Source: an uncultured Verrucomicrobiae bacterium (GTDB lineage Bacteria > Verrucomicrobiota > Verrucomicrobiia > Chthoniobacterales > JAFAMB01). Taken from it: DNA of 64,000 nucleotides. A program made the translations under genes and the position numbers. Below, in pieces: positions 10,542 through 20,437 of the stretch. The stretch is from the NCBI GenBank assembly GCA_963762565.1, contig CAVXLD010000003.1, positions 768,001 through 832,000 of the forward strand, written 5' to 3'. How positions within the stretch are numbered: the first letter of the stretch is position 1; each line of letters begins with the position of its first letter. The notes beneath the pieces were generated by a model, which searched no databases, was not told the DNA's origin, and saw nothing but the letters and a program-made list of their open reading frames with translations.

Positions 10542-12950
10542 ATGAACGTAAGACCTCTATTAAATCGTGCGGCTAGTTTTCTGCGTCGCTGGGACGGCCG
10601 ATTGACCCAGGAGCTGGTGCTGCATCCGAGCGAGTTCGGGTTAGGCAAGGTGCCCGCCCGGTTGCAACCGGACGATGTGACGTCAATGATCTGTGGGTTC
10701 TGTTCCACGGGATGTTCCCTCAATCTTCATCTGAAGAAAGGGCAAGCCGTTAATGTGACACCGGACCGCGATTATCCGGTCAACTTGGGCATGGCTTGTC
10801 CTAAAGGTTGGGAAGCGTTGACGCCGCTGAGCGCGCATGACCGGGCGACGAAGCCGCTGCTCCGCGGGAAGCAGGGAGATTTAGAGCCGGTCGATTGGGA
10901 TACTGCCCTTCAAGTATTCACCCTTCGGTTCAAAGCGATCATGGAACAGCACGGACCGGAATCAGTCGCTTTTATCAGTACCGGCCAAATTGTTTCCGAA
11001 GAAATGGCGCTCTTGGGTGCACTGGCCAAGTTCGGCATGGGGATGGTTCACGGTGACGGTAACACCCGCCAATGCATGGCCACAGCGGTTACGGCTTATA
11101 AAGAATCTTTTGGTTTCGATGCGCCTCCCTACACCTATCAGGACCTTGAAGAATCTGATGTGATCGTCTTGGTCGGCTCAAATCTTTGCATCGCCCACCC
11201 GATCCTTTGGCAGCGGATTTGCCGGAATCGTCATAACCCAGAAATCATTGTGATTGATCCGCGGGCCACCGAGACGGCGCTGGCCGCCACTCAGCATTAC
11301 GCGATTAAGCCAAAGTCTGATCTTCTGCTCTTTTACGCGTTAGCGAATCGATTCATGAAACGAGGATGGCTAAAGCGCGAGTTTATTAAGGCGCACACTG
11401 AAGGGTTTGCCGAGTTCGCGGACTACGTCACCCAAATTTCTCCGGAGCGGGTTTTACCCAAGATCGGTTTGACCACTGCCGAGTTTGCTTGCCTGGCTGA
11501 TACCATTCATCGAGGCCGTCGCGTGTCGTTTTGGTGGACCATGGGCGTGAACCAGGGCCACGAGGCAACCCGGACCGCGCAGGCCATCATCAATCTCGCG
11601 TTAATGACCGGTAACATCGGGCGGCCCGGGACCGGAGCGAACTCGATTACCGGCCAATGCAACGCGATGGGGTCACGGCTATTCAGCAACACCACTAACC
11701 TGTTGGGCGGCCATGATTTTGCCGATCCGGTCCATCGAGACAAGGTCGCTCATATTTTGCACATCAGGCCTGAGTTAATCCCGACCCGGAACAGCCTGGC
11801 CTACGACCAGATTTTGCAGGGTGTGGCTGACGGCAAAATCAAAGGGCTATGGATCATTGCCACAAATCCCGGCCATTCCTGGATCCATCAGAAGAGTTTT
11901 CACGAAGCCGCCAAACAACTCGATTTCTGCGTGGTGCAAGACATGTATCACACCACGGAGACGGCTCAGGTGGCGCACCTGCTATTACCCGCGGCTGGGT
12001 GGGGGGAGAAAGAGGGCACCTTTATCAATTCAGAACGGCGAATCGGGTTAGTAAAAAAAGTCTCACGGGCGCCCGGCGAAGCACTCGCTGATTTCCATAT
12101 TTTCAAGTTGATCGCCCAATATTGGGGCTGCGGTGATCTGTTCCGGCGCTGGACCTCTCCAGAAGCAGTCTTTCAGATCATCAAAGAGGTAACCCGAGGC
12201 CAACCCTGCGATATCACCGGAATCGAAAATTACCACATGATCGAAGCCGCCGGCGGCATCCAATGGCCGTACCCGGAGAACAACGTGCGCCAGACTTCGC
12301 CCGGTCGTTTGAAACTCCCGGAGGCTACGTCTGGCAAACCGGCGACAACGCCAGCTTGGAGGGGAGCCGCTTTAGCACGTGCGAAACGATCTCGTGAACT
12401 TAGTTCCAACGCTGACCCGGCCGGAAACCCCGATCAACAAGCGGCTCCCGGGAACGGCCCGGCGAAAAGCAATTCTATCGGCTCTCCCCAAGTCCCTAAC
12501 CAACGCCGTCTGTTCGAGGATGGCCGATTTTTTCATCGCGATGGCCGGGCCCGTTTCCGATTTGATCAGCCAACGCGCGCACCGGAATTGCCGGATTCCG
12601 AATACCCGTTCTACCTTTTAACCGGACGAGGAACCTCGGCTCAATGGCATACCCAATCGCGAACCGCTAAATCAGCTGTTCTACGCAAGCTATATCCCGA
12701 CCAGATCTATATCGAGATCAATCCTGACGACGCCAAACAATTAGGGACAGAAACCGGCGAACTGGTCCAGGTCAGTTCCCGGCGCGGCCAATTGGAAGCA
12801 GTGGCCTTTGTTACGGGCACGGTCGCACCGGGGCAGGTCTTCATCCCGATGCACTACGTAGCGACTAACCAACTGACCTTCCCAGCATTCGATCCCTGGT
12901 CACGCCAACCCTCCTATAAATCAGCCGCGGTGAAAATAGCTAGGTGCTAG
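10542..12950 (+). CDS. nasA: Molybdopterin nitrate reductase catalytic subunit (assimilatory NasA/NarB type)
   Basis: [12 protein letters not shown] Fe-S motif, [57 protein letters not shown]; downstream of narK. Confidence 0.93.
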   Translation: MNVRPLLNRAASFLRRWDGRLTQELVLHPSEFGLGKVPARLQPDDVTSMICGFCSTGCSLNLHLKKGQAVNVTPDRDYPVNLGMACPKGWEALTPLSAHDRATKPLLRGKQGDLEPVDWDTALQVFTLRFKAIMEQHGPESVAFISTGQIVSEEMALLGALAKFGMGMVHGDGNTRQCMATAVTAYKESFGFDAPPYTYQDLEESDVIVLVGSNLCIAHPILWQRICRNRHNPEIIVIDPRATETALAATQHYAIKPKSDLLLFYALANRFMKRGWLKREFIKAHTEGFAEFADYVTQISPERVLPKIGLTTAEFACLADTIHRGRRVSFWWTMGVNQGHEATRTAQAIINLALMTGNIGRPGTGANSITGQCNAMGSRLFSNTTNLLGGHDFADPVHRDKVAHILHIRPELIPTRNSLAYDQILQGVADGKIKGLWIIATNPGHSWIHQKSFHEAAKQLDFCVVQDMYHTTETAQVAHLLLPAAGWGEKEGTFINSERRIGLVKKVSRAPGEALADFHIFKLIAQYWGCGDLFRRWTSPEAVFQIIKEVTRGQPCDITGIENYHMIEAAGGIQWPYPENNVRQTSPGRLKLPEATSGKPATTPAWRGAALARAKRSRELSSNADPAGNPDQQAAPGNGPAKSNSIGSPQVPNQRRLFEDGRFFHRDGRARFRFDQPTRAPELPDSEYPFYLLTGRGTSAQWHTQSRTAKSAVLRKLYPDQIYIEINPDDAKQLGTETGELVQVSSRRGQLEAVAFVTGTVAPGQVFIPMHYVATNQLTFPAFDPWSRQPSYKSAAVKIARC

Positions 12951-13129
12951 GCACCCGGCACTTCGTTCTTCCGACTTCGCCAATGTTCTGGTTGTGGAGC
13001 GCGCCTCGCTTGCGAGGCCGACTTCGAGCGGTTGGCAACATAGAGCGTGGGCTTCGTCGGACAAGCTGTCCTCGAATCCGGTCGCGCGGAGTGCTGGAGT
13101 ATTGCGCCGGCCAGGGATGGAGATTTGGT

Positions 13130-13543
13130 CTAGCCGACGGTCCCATCCTTTCGGCGGTGCAAGGAAAACCTGTTCCCTTCACTGTCTTCGCATTGAGACA
13201 CGTAACAGACCGGGCCTTCGATCGTTGGTACATGGACTTTCCCACCGAATTGAGTCACGCGTTGCGTGGATGCTTCGACATCCTCGACCGAAATCATTGC
13301 TCCGCCACACTCTCGCCAGGGAAAAGAACTAGATAGACCCAGCCCGAAGGTTTGACCGGTCGGTAGCGTATATTCAACTCCTTGCCATTCGCCGGCCTCG
13401 TTGACGAACGTTGGCTGAAAACCGAGTCCTTGCTCGTAAAACCTTCTCCCTCGAGCGAGGTCCTTGACCATGTAGTAGACCGCGTCAATGCCGCGGGGGG
13501 AAGAAATCGGCGCAGATGTAGTGTCCACGCCCAAAAAAAGCAT
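13130..13543 (-). CDS. VOC/glyoxalase family protein
   Basis: YMVKDLARGRRFYEQGLG, ISVEDVEA..GGKV, DSEGNRFSLH; start uncertain. Confidence 0.85.
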   Translation of the reverse strand: MLFLGVDTTSAPISSPRGIDAVYYMVKDLARGRRFYEQGLGFQPTFVNEAGEWQGVEYTLPTGQTFGLGLSSSFPWRECGGAMISVEDVEASTQRVTQFGGKVHVPTIEGPVCYVSQCEDSEGNRFSLHRRKDGTVG

Positions 13544-13663
13544 AGATCCGGTGGCTGGCTACAAGGTTTAATGAAATCGCCGTATTATTTCGATCCTCAA
13601 AGAAGAAGAGTTAGCAATCACTTGTAAAACGCCAAAAAATTTGGTTTCTATTCCCGCATTCGA

Positions 13664-14065
13664 ATGGGAAAAATCGCTCGACGCCCGTTCAATCCAAAGA
13701 AAGAAGTCTCCGTCCTGGCCTGGATCGAAGATGACCAAGGAGGTGTCCTATTCGTTCGGCAAGCGTTAGGCCGAAGGCATTGGACACTGCCCGGTGGGAA
13801 AGTCAAACAAAGCGAATCACTTAAATCAGCTCTCTCGCGGGAGGTGCGCGAGGAAACCGGCCTGGCTGTAGCCACCTGTTCTTACCGGCAAATGTACGAC
13901 CGTCCAAAACGTGGCGCGATCACCATCCTTTTCCGAGTAATGGTTAAACGCCACGCAACCCGGTTGCTCTTTCCCACGCAAGAAATCGCCGACCTTGCAT
14001 TTTTCCGCCATCTCCCGGTACCCGCTACTCCATCTGCCAGATTCTTTTGGAAATCGGAACGCTAA
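13664..14065 (+). CDS. NUDIX hydrolase
   Basis: Nudix box GGKVKQSESLKSALSREVREETGL. Confidence 0.9.
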   Translation: MGKIARRPFNPKKEVSVLAWIEDDQGGVLFVRQALGRRHWTLPGGKVKQSESLKSALSREVREETGLAVATCSYRQMYDRPKRGAITILFRVMVKRHATRLLFPTQEIADLAFFRHLPVPATPSARFFWKSER

Positions 14066-14121
14066 AACGCCCCGTGAGGGCTTCGTTCTCGTTCTCGTCG
14101 TCGTCCTTCCGCCTTCGCCGA

Positions 14122-14430
14122 CTCCTTGGGGTGGCTTCGATTTTGCGGACAGGGCTCAGGGAGGTTTTTGTCCCGAAGGGACTACAGGACTCAGCCTGGG
14201 GTTTTAACCCCAGGAATACGTTCAAAAACGATCCGCCCTGAAGGGGCGGCAGAAAGTTGGGACCGGCGGCTTGTTTGGTTAGCGTCTTAACTATCTGAGG
14301 AACCGATTCTACCGCCCTCTTCAGGGCGGCGCCTTATTCTACCGACACCTGGGGTTAAAACCCCAGGCTAAGTCCTATAGTCCCTTCGGGACAAAGAGCT
14401 GACAGCTGTCCACAAAATCGAAGCCACTCC
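14122..14430. repeat. Long nested inverted repeat (REPIN/MITE-like)
   Basis: gtggcttcgattttg..gtcccgaagggac..cctggggttttaaccccagg..ccgccctgaaggggcgg is mirrored by ccgccctcttcagggcgg..cctggggttaaaaccccagg..gtcccttcgggac..caaaatcgaagccac. Confidence 0.9.
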
Positions 14431-14583
14431 GCTCGAACGGATTCAAGGACGAGGACGAGCACGAAGCGCCCTGATGAGGAACAACCTATTCATCGCGATA
14501 TTGCCAAGAAAGACGCACCCAGATACCATCGCGCGGTAGGGACCCTGCGAAGTCGCGGGTGGCTTCCGATGACCTTTCTATAA

Positions 14584-15030
14584 ATGAACAGTTGCTTAGT
14601 GCGAACCGTTCTCCGGACGAGGCGGTTGATTCCACTTCTTATCCTATCCGGACTCTTGTCCAGTTGTGGCGTGGGTTGGGAGAGCTACGTATACCTCCGC
14701 CACAATCCGAGCGTTCCGCCCAACGCGGTGGTTGCTGTTGTCGGCAAAATAAAAGGCGTATCGATTGTCAGTCCTCCTGCTAAAAAGTTGCCTCCAGACA
14801 CCGTTCTCAACAGTGTTCAGGTTAAGCGAGGAGACATCGTTGCCGTCGTTATGTTTCCGACGCGAGCTGGCTTGAAGAACCGCTTATCGTCAATCGTTAT
14901 TGGCACCCAAACGCAATCCGCCGACGGCAAGACCTTCGTGTCAGATCTCGCCGCCAAGCTGCAAGCGAGGTTTGGGGACCCCGCTCGTAAACCGGAGATC
15001 GCCCGATCGGTCAAAGATCATGGCCAGTAG
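14584..15030 (+). CDS. Hypothetical lipoprotein
   Basis: Basic then hydrophobic N-terminus with lipobox-like LLSSC. Confidence 0.65.
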   Translation: MNSCLVRTVLRTRRLIPLLILSGLLSSCGVGWESYVYLRHNPSVPPNAVVAVVGKIKGVSIVSPPAKKLPPDTVLNSVQVKRGDIVAVVMFPTRAGLKNRLSSIVIGTQTQSADGKTFVSDLAAKLQARFGDPARKPEIARSVKDHGQ

Positions 15031-15291
15031 TTGAACAGCGAGAAGGCGCCCAGGAGGGTGGCGCGGAAAGTAATCAGTAGGTCAGTAATCAGTGCGGAAA
15101 CGAAGGAAAACGAGCCCGCAGCGGCAGCCGTGAGGCGATTCGGGCAGCGCGTCTGGTTTCATATAGGTCCCATAGAGCCTGTCTGTTCCACCTCCCACGA
15201 TTAGTTCTGCCCCCGAGCTCTGCCACCACCCACCGCGAAACCGCCTCACCGATACCCTAGACACCAGCCGCGCCTGGACTACGATCTCTAA

Positions 15292-15867
15292 ATGATTCGC
15301 CAGGCGCTCCCCGACGACGCACCGGACGCCCTACCCTTGATCCTAGAAGCGATCGGATCGATCGCGTATGTTCTGGCCGGAACAAAGGTTCTGGCTGAGG
15401 CCATGTCGATTCTTGAGCGATTCTTTGAAGAGGAAGGGAATCGTGTCAGTCACCAAAACGCGTTGGTCATAGAAGAATCGAAACCGAACGTGGGAGGCCC
15501 GCGGATACTCGGTGTCGCCATCAGTTATGATGGGTCCGTGGCCAGGGAACTGGACGAACCCTTGGAAAGAGCCGCCCAGCTACAGTCCGGCTCTTCCGAC
15601 TATAAAATCCCGACTGAAGCCGAACCGGATGAGTTTTATTTGGATACCGTTAGCGTGAATCGCAATTGCCAAGGACGAGGAATTGGCCGGCAATTGATCG
15701 AAGCCGTGTGCGAGCGGGGACGTCAAGTCGGCCGCAAACGCATCGGCCTCCTTGTCGACGTAACCAATCCCGATGCCAAACGGTTGTACGAACGGCTGCA
15801 ATTCCGCGTAAACAAACGCAGAGAACTCGCCGGAGAAGAATACTTCCACATGATCCGCGACCTGTAG
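15292..15867 (+). CDS. GNAT family N-acetyltransferase
   Basis: FYLDTVSVNRNCQGRGIGRQLI and NPDAKRLYERLQF motifs. Confidence 0.93.
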   Translation: MIRQALPDDAPDALPLILEAIGSIAYVLAGTKVLAEAMSILERFFEEEGNRVSHQNALVIEESKPNVGGPRILGVAISYDGSVARELDEPLERAAQLQSGSSDYKIPTEAEPDEFYLDTVSVNRNCQGRGIGRQLIEAVCERGRQVGRKRIGLLVDVTNPDAKRLYERLQFRVNKRRELAGEEYFHMIRDL

Positions 15868-16276
15868 GATTGGCGCAGGGCCACAGCCTAGACAGGCTGC
15901 CGTGCCCGATTGGATTCCACACAGAAGCAGAGCCGCAACCAAATCGTGCTCGTGCTCGATAGGGAGCGTTCACCCGAAGCGCCTCGATCAAGTGTAAGAG
16001 CCTTGTCATGAGTAAGTACCTTCTGTGTAACCTCTACCCGCGCCAAATTCTCGGAGTACGAGCACGAAAAAATCCATAGATTTACCCGGGCAACTTTCTT
16101 CGATGGCTCTAATCTGCGTCCATCTGCGTTAATCTGCGGTTAGGTTTTCACTAGACGAGAACCAAGCGCCTAGTGACTCAAAACCCCTCAACTGTGGAAT
16201 TGCAGGACGAGCCATTTTGGCGGAGAGTACCCGTGGGTATGTGTAGGGATACGGATCCAATTAAAGGAGTCCTTCT

Positions 16277-16676
16277 ATGAAAGTGAAAGCTCTGTTTTTC
16301 TCGTTGTGTGTCGCGTTAACGCTCTTGTTTCTGCCCGCGCCTAGCTTTGCCTCTGGTGGTTGGCACGGAGGCGGTGGCGGTTGGCATGGAGGCGGCGGCT
16401 GGCACGGCGGTGGGTGGCATGGTGGTGGTTGGGGTGGCCGCGTTGGCGTGGGGGCTGGTATGGAGGCCGGTGGTATGGCGGCGGTTGGGGTTACCCGGGA
16501 TACTGGGGGGGTGGTTATTATCCTTATTATTGGGGCTATGGCTATCCTTATTGGGGCTGGGGCGGTGGTTACTGGGGCGGCGGTTGGGGCGGCTGGCGCG
16601 GGGGTTACTGGCGTGGCGGGTTCCATGGCGGCGGGTTTCACGGCGGCGGGTTCACGGCGGCGGTCACGGGCACTAA
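16277..16676 (+). CDS. Secreted Gly/Trp/Tyr/His-rich low-complexity protein (frameshifted)
   Basis: Signal peptide MKVKALFF..SFA, then GGWH repeats; other frames continue GGWYGG..GYYPYYWGYGYPYWG..GGFHGGGFHGG..HGH*. Confidence 0.8.
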
Positions 16677-16982
16677 GAATCGGCAAGCTGGAGGATTTTA
16701 CACAAGGTCACGAAGGCAGACTGCTTGGAGTAGAAGAAAAGCTAAGCTTCGACAATGGACTGAGCTGGCCGAATGCCCTGAGCTCAGCCAAAACGTCAAC
16801 AGACCTGAAAGAGTCTTAGCCGCCAGCTGGGAAGTCGGCGGATCTAACCTCCGTTTCCTCTGTTAGCTCCTGTTTAAAGGTTTTGTCTTCGTGTCCTCTC
16901 CGCCGACATCGCCTTGGCGATGTCTGCTTGCGGCCTTCTGGGTTAAGTCCGTAACGGCTCGCTAAAGACTTGGCCCCGACCC

Positions 16983-17399
16983 TCACTTCCTCTCGCGCTC
17001 CATTGCCGCGTCAGTCATTATCACTAGCAAGTGATGTTCAAAGGAATAGCGTGCACTGACTCCCGACGCGTTGTGCCAACTGTTGACAGGCCAGCCGGAT
17101 CCAACCCATTGACCTGGCGCATTCTCCTGCATCAGCGCCTTGAGTTCGTCATCAAAGAGATCGGCGCCTTTGTCGTAGCTAATTTCGTCCACTCTGCCGT
17201 CATAAAAATGGATGAGAATTCTGAAGCCGCCCTTGTTGAACAGCTGATAAACCCTTCCGTTCTCGGCGGTCAGCGTTTTCAGGCAACGACCATAGCGCTT
17301 GAGTACTTGGTCTAGGGTTTCGTCAATTCCGGCCCCTGAGGAATGGCAAAGGACCAGCCAGACAATTGCCGTCAAAAGCCAGGCCACGAAAGCTCTCAT
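16983..17399 (-). CDS. Hypothetical secreted protein
   Basis: Signal peptide followed by a globular-looking 115-aa region; start overlaps the upstream gene's stop. Confidence 0.7.
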   Translation of the reverse strand: MRAFVAWLLTAIVWLVLCHSSGAGIDETLDQVLKRYGRCLKTLTAENGRVYQLFNKGGFRILIHFYDGRVDEISYDKGADLFDDELKALMQENAPGQWVGSGWPVNSWHNASGVSARYSFEHHLLVIMTDAAMERERK

Positions 17400-17677
17400 C
17401 GATTCGGATCAGGGCTTTCACGGCTGCCGTCTCCTTCAAACTCTAAGTCAGATTCTTTTTGAGGCTCGCGGATCGTAAGGGCTCGGCAAGTGAAATAGAT
17501 CGCGATGATCAACGCGATCGTGGCAGCCCCAAGTGAGAACCAGGCAACGAGCCTCGATATCGCGCCAGTCTGGTCGCCTGCTGTGAGAGGGTCAGAAAGC
17601 CAGCCTAATCCCACCATCACGATGCAGACGATTCCCGTAATGAAAGCCCTTAAAACAAATGCATTCTTGGTAGCCAT
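17396..17677 (-). CDS. Hypothetical 2-TM membrane protein
   Basis: Two hydrophobic helices and an acidic tail; coupled to the next ORF. Confidence 0.6.
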   Translation of the reverse strand: MATKNAFVLRAFITGIVCIVMVGLGWLSDPLTAGDQTGAISRLVAWFSLGAATIALIIAIYFTCRALTIREPQKESDLEFEGDGSRESPDPNR

Positions 17678-17792
17678 GAGCGCCACGGGCGAGTCTCGTT
17701 TCCTTGGGCGCGTCTTACCATAAGGGTCACGTCTGAAAGGACAATGAAAACCTAACCGCAGAGGGTATTTCAATCTTGAGCCTAGACGGTCG

Positions 17793-18002
17793 TCACACTC
17801 TAGTCTGCTTTTCAATCGCTGACCTGAGGCTATCCAGGGCTTCGTTCTGAAGGATCAATATTTCTAACAGCCTCCGCAGCAATGTTCGGGTGTCTTCGTC
17901 CGGAACATTCGGGACGTGTGCCAAGACCTGAACACTGGTGATAATCTCGTGAGCATTGGCGATCGAACTAGCGGCCGCAGCCAAGTCTGAATTTTCAGGC
18001 AT
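17793..18002 (-). CDS. Hypothetical small helical protein
   Basis: 69-aa ATG ORF with amphipathic pattern. Confidence 0.45.
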   Translation of the reverse strand: MPENSDLAAAASSIANAHEIITSVQVLAHVPNVPDEDTRTLLRRLLEILILQNEALDSLRSAIEKQTRV

Positions 18003-18369
18003 GGTGGCAAATGTGGTCTCAAGCTTCTCAACGGACTATCTCAAACTTTAGACATTCAAAAAAACAGAAACAGATTGTGTTGACATGTCCAATCTGCAGA
18101 TACGTCCCATGGCCAACCCCCGTCTATTGGATGTTCGTCGAAAAGGGAAAACCGAATGATGCTGGGGAATAAAACGCGTATCCCTCGGTCTGCAACGTTG
18201 AGGAGTAAGTCAGTACCCCAACCAGCCACAAACCGGAACCGACCCTTGATGATTCCCATGATCTCGATCGTGACGACGATAGATCGGTGGTCAACGCAAT
18301 TTTCAGCCTCATACAGATGAGAGGTGCGCTACGGCACGCCCAACCCAGAAAACCACAGTACAAACAATT

Positions 18370-19479
18370 ATGTCAGAGTTTATCGGAACCATGCGGTTCA
18401 TTATGAAGTTCAATACGCAGGTTTGTAGGACTGCAGTCCCCGCTTGCGTCGGCCTAGTTCTTCTCATGGTCTCGGCGCTGGCTCACGCGCAATATCACCT
18501 TACGAATTTAGTTTCGAATCAAATCGATGAGAATGCCCCGAACACCGATCCACTGCTGGTTAACGCTTGGGGATTAGCCCGGGGCGCGAAATCGCCTTGG
18601 TGGGTCAGCGATAACCTCTCGGGATGGTCAACTCTCTACAATGGAAGCGGAACACCACAGGGGCTTAGGGTTTTGATTCCCACCGCCGGAAACGGACCGG
18701 CCTCGCCGACCGGCCTAAATGGCCCTGGCACACCGACGGGACTCGTTTTCAACGGATCGCAGACGGATTTCCAGATCCAGGGCAACGCCTCGGCTTTCAT
18801 TTTTGCGACCCTGGACGGCACGGTCAGCGCCTGGGCACCGGGCGTGAACGCCAACCAATCGATCATCGCGGTGGACAACTCGGCCAACAAAGCCATGTAC
18901 ACGGGCTTGGCCATCACTAGCAATCCCTCGGGGAACTTCCTCTACGCGGCGGACAACACCAACAATCATATAGATATGTTCGACGGCACCTTTACGCTGG
19001 TGAAGTCGTTTGGCGATCCGAGCATCCCATCGAAATACTCGGTATTTGGCATCCAGGACATCAATGGCCTGGTTTACGTCACCTATGCTGTACCGAACGT
19101 GGGTGCCAACGGTTTCGTCGACGTCTTCAACGAGGATGGTAGCCTCGTGAAGACATTGATACACGGACTGCCGCTAAATCAGCCCTGGGGCATTGCCCTC
19201 GCTCCTGGCAATTTTGGGCCGCTGAGCAATCTTCTGCTGGTTTCAAACAACTCCATCAAAGGCACCATCAACGGGTTCAGCCCTAAAACCGGGGAGTTTC
19301 TGGGTACGATACTGGACGAGCACGGGAACAAGATTGTCTTCAACCAAGCCTGGGCAATTGCCTTCGGTGGCGGAAACTCAGCCAATGGAGCACGAAACGA
19401 ACTGTTCGTCACCGTAGGCCCGGGTATTGCAGGACAAAACGAAAACGCCGGTACCTTTGCATCAATCGTCTTCCCATGA
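18370..19479 (+). CDS. TIGR03118 family secreted protein
   Basis: YHLTNLVSN, DPLLVNAWGL, PWWVSDN, PTGLVFN, FIFATLDGTVSAW, LNQPWGIALAP; start may be 18403. Confidence 0.9.
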   Translation: MSEFIGTMRFIMKFNTQVCRTAVPACVGLVLLMVSALAHAQYHLTNLVSNQIDENAPNTDPLLVNAWGLARGAKSPWWVSDNLSGWSTLYNGSGTPQGLRVLIPTAGNGPASPTGLNGPGTPTGLVFNGSQTDFQIQGNASAFIFATLDGTVSAWAPGVNANQSIIAVDNSANKAMYTGLAITSNPSGNFLYAADNTNNHIDMFDGTFTLVKSFGDPSIPSKYSVFGIQDINGLVYVTYAVPNVGANGFVDVFNEDGSLVKTLIHGLPLNQPWGIALAPGNFGPLSNLLLVSNNSIKGTINGFSPKTGEFLGTILDEHGNKIVFNQAWAIAFGGGNSANGARNELFVTVGPGIAGQNENAGTFASIVFP

Positions 19480-19761
19480 ACATAATGACGAGGGTGGCCC
19501 GAAATAGGCGTTTCATCAGTTAAAAGCTCTACCTTGCTTTGTAACGCCCGACCGTTTCGTTCGGCGACGCCAACGAATCGCAATCAGCATCGGAAATGCA
19601 CTCAATGGAACCGGTGAGGCAGGCCGCCGACCCGGTTCCAGTTTCTGACTTTTCTAGTTCAGGGCTAAACGGCTCCGACCGATCGGCCTCGCAAGCGAGG
19701 CAGCGCTCCACGGCTCTGTTCCCGGCGATGACGGCGTTCCCGGCGCTGCCGGCGTTAAAAA

Positions 19762-19834
19762 TGGCTAGGGGCGGAATCGAACCGCCGACACGAGGATTTT
19801 CAGTCCTCTGCTCTGCCAACTGAGCTACCTAGCC
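19762..19834 (-). tRNA. tRNA-Phe (GAA)
   Basis: Reverse complement GGCTAGGTAGCTCAGTTGGCAGAGCAGAGGACTGAAAATCCTCGTGTCGGCGGTTCGATTCCGCCCCTAGCCA forms a full cloverleaf with GAA anticodon; CCA not encoded. Confidence 0.98.
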
Positions 19835-19928
19835 GTTGACGGGGAGCGGGCAATATGAGTCACCCCAACCACGACGCAAGCGAAAATTGGCCGTGGCCAC
19901 TACTCTGGCCTCTGGTGTCCTGAAATGG

Positions 19929-20114
19929 CTAGGCTCGGGCGGTCTCGACCTGGTCGATGACTCCGGCGTGACATCCAACGATTAATTCAATCGGACGACA
20001 ACAGACCTGGCAGTCTTCGATCGTCGCATACCCTCCAGCTGAGGTGTCCACAAACGCGGTGAATATAGCTCCACAGTAAGGGCAGACCACCTCGACATCT
20101 TCTTCGAGGTTCAT
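19929..20114 (-). CDS. CPXCG motif-containing cysteine-rich protein
   Basis: CPYCG..VDTSAG..IEDCQVCCRPI. Confidence 0.9.
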   Translation of the reverse strand: MNLEEDVEVVCPYCGAIFTAFVDTSAGGYATIEDCQVCCRPIELIVGCHAGVIDQVETARA

Positions 20115-20437
20115 GAGAACAAAGTTTAACGCCAAGTGGGCAGCGGATCTACAGTAAAAGAGGGTGTAACGGAATATTTTTAAGTTGGACCGCTAGCCCA
20201 ACGCTAACACGCTCAATCCTCGTGAACCAAGTTCCCTGGCAATCGTCCTCGTGCTCATGCTCGTCCTCGTGCTCGAAAGTTCACCCAGCGCGTGCCACCT
20301 CAGCGGGCGTTGGTCTACCCAGCGCGATCGAATCAACACTTATTCGGCAGCGCTGGGCTATGGCAGAGCGGATCGAATCGAGCACGAGGACGAGCACGAG
20401 CACGATTGCCGCGGGCGTTGGTTGCGCTGGGTCGCTA

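Noticed and set aside
16261..16866. Pro-rich minus ORF and the full-length 180-aa and 168-aa plus ORFs
   Set aside because: Shadow or off-frame readings of one frameshifted Gly-rich gene.
18003..18369. Possible riboswitch or ncRNA upstream of the TIGR03118 gene
   Set aside because: No recognisable conserved motif by eye; an Rfam/Infernal search would be needed.
19923..19933. aaatggctagg matching the tRNA-Phe 3' end as an att site
   Set aside because: Only 11 bp, on the 5' side of the tRNA, overlapping a stop codon, with no integrase.
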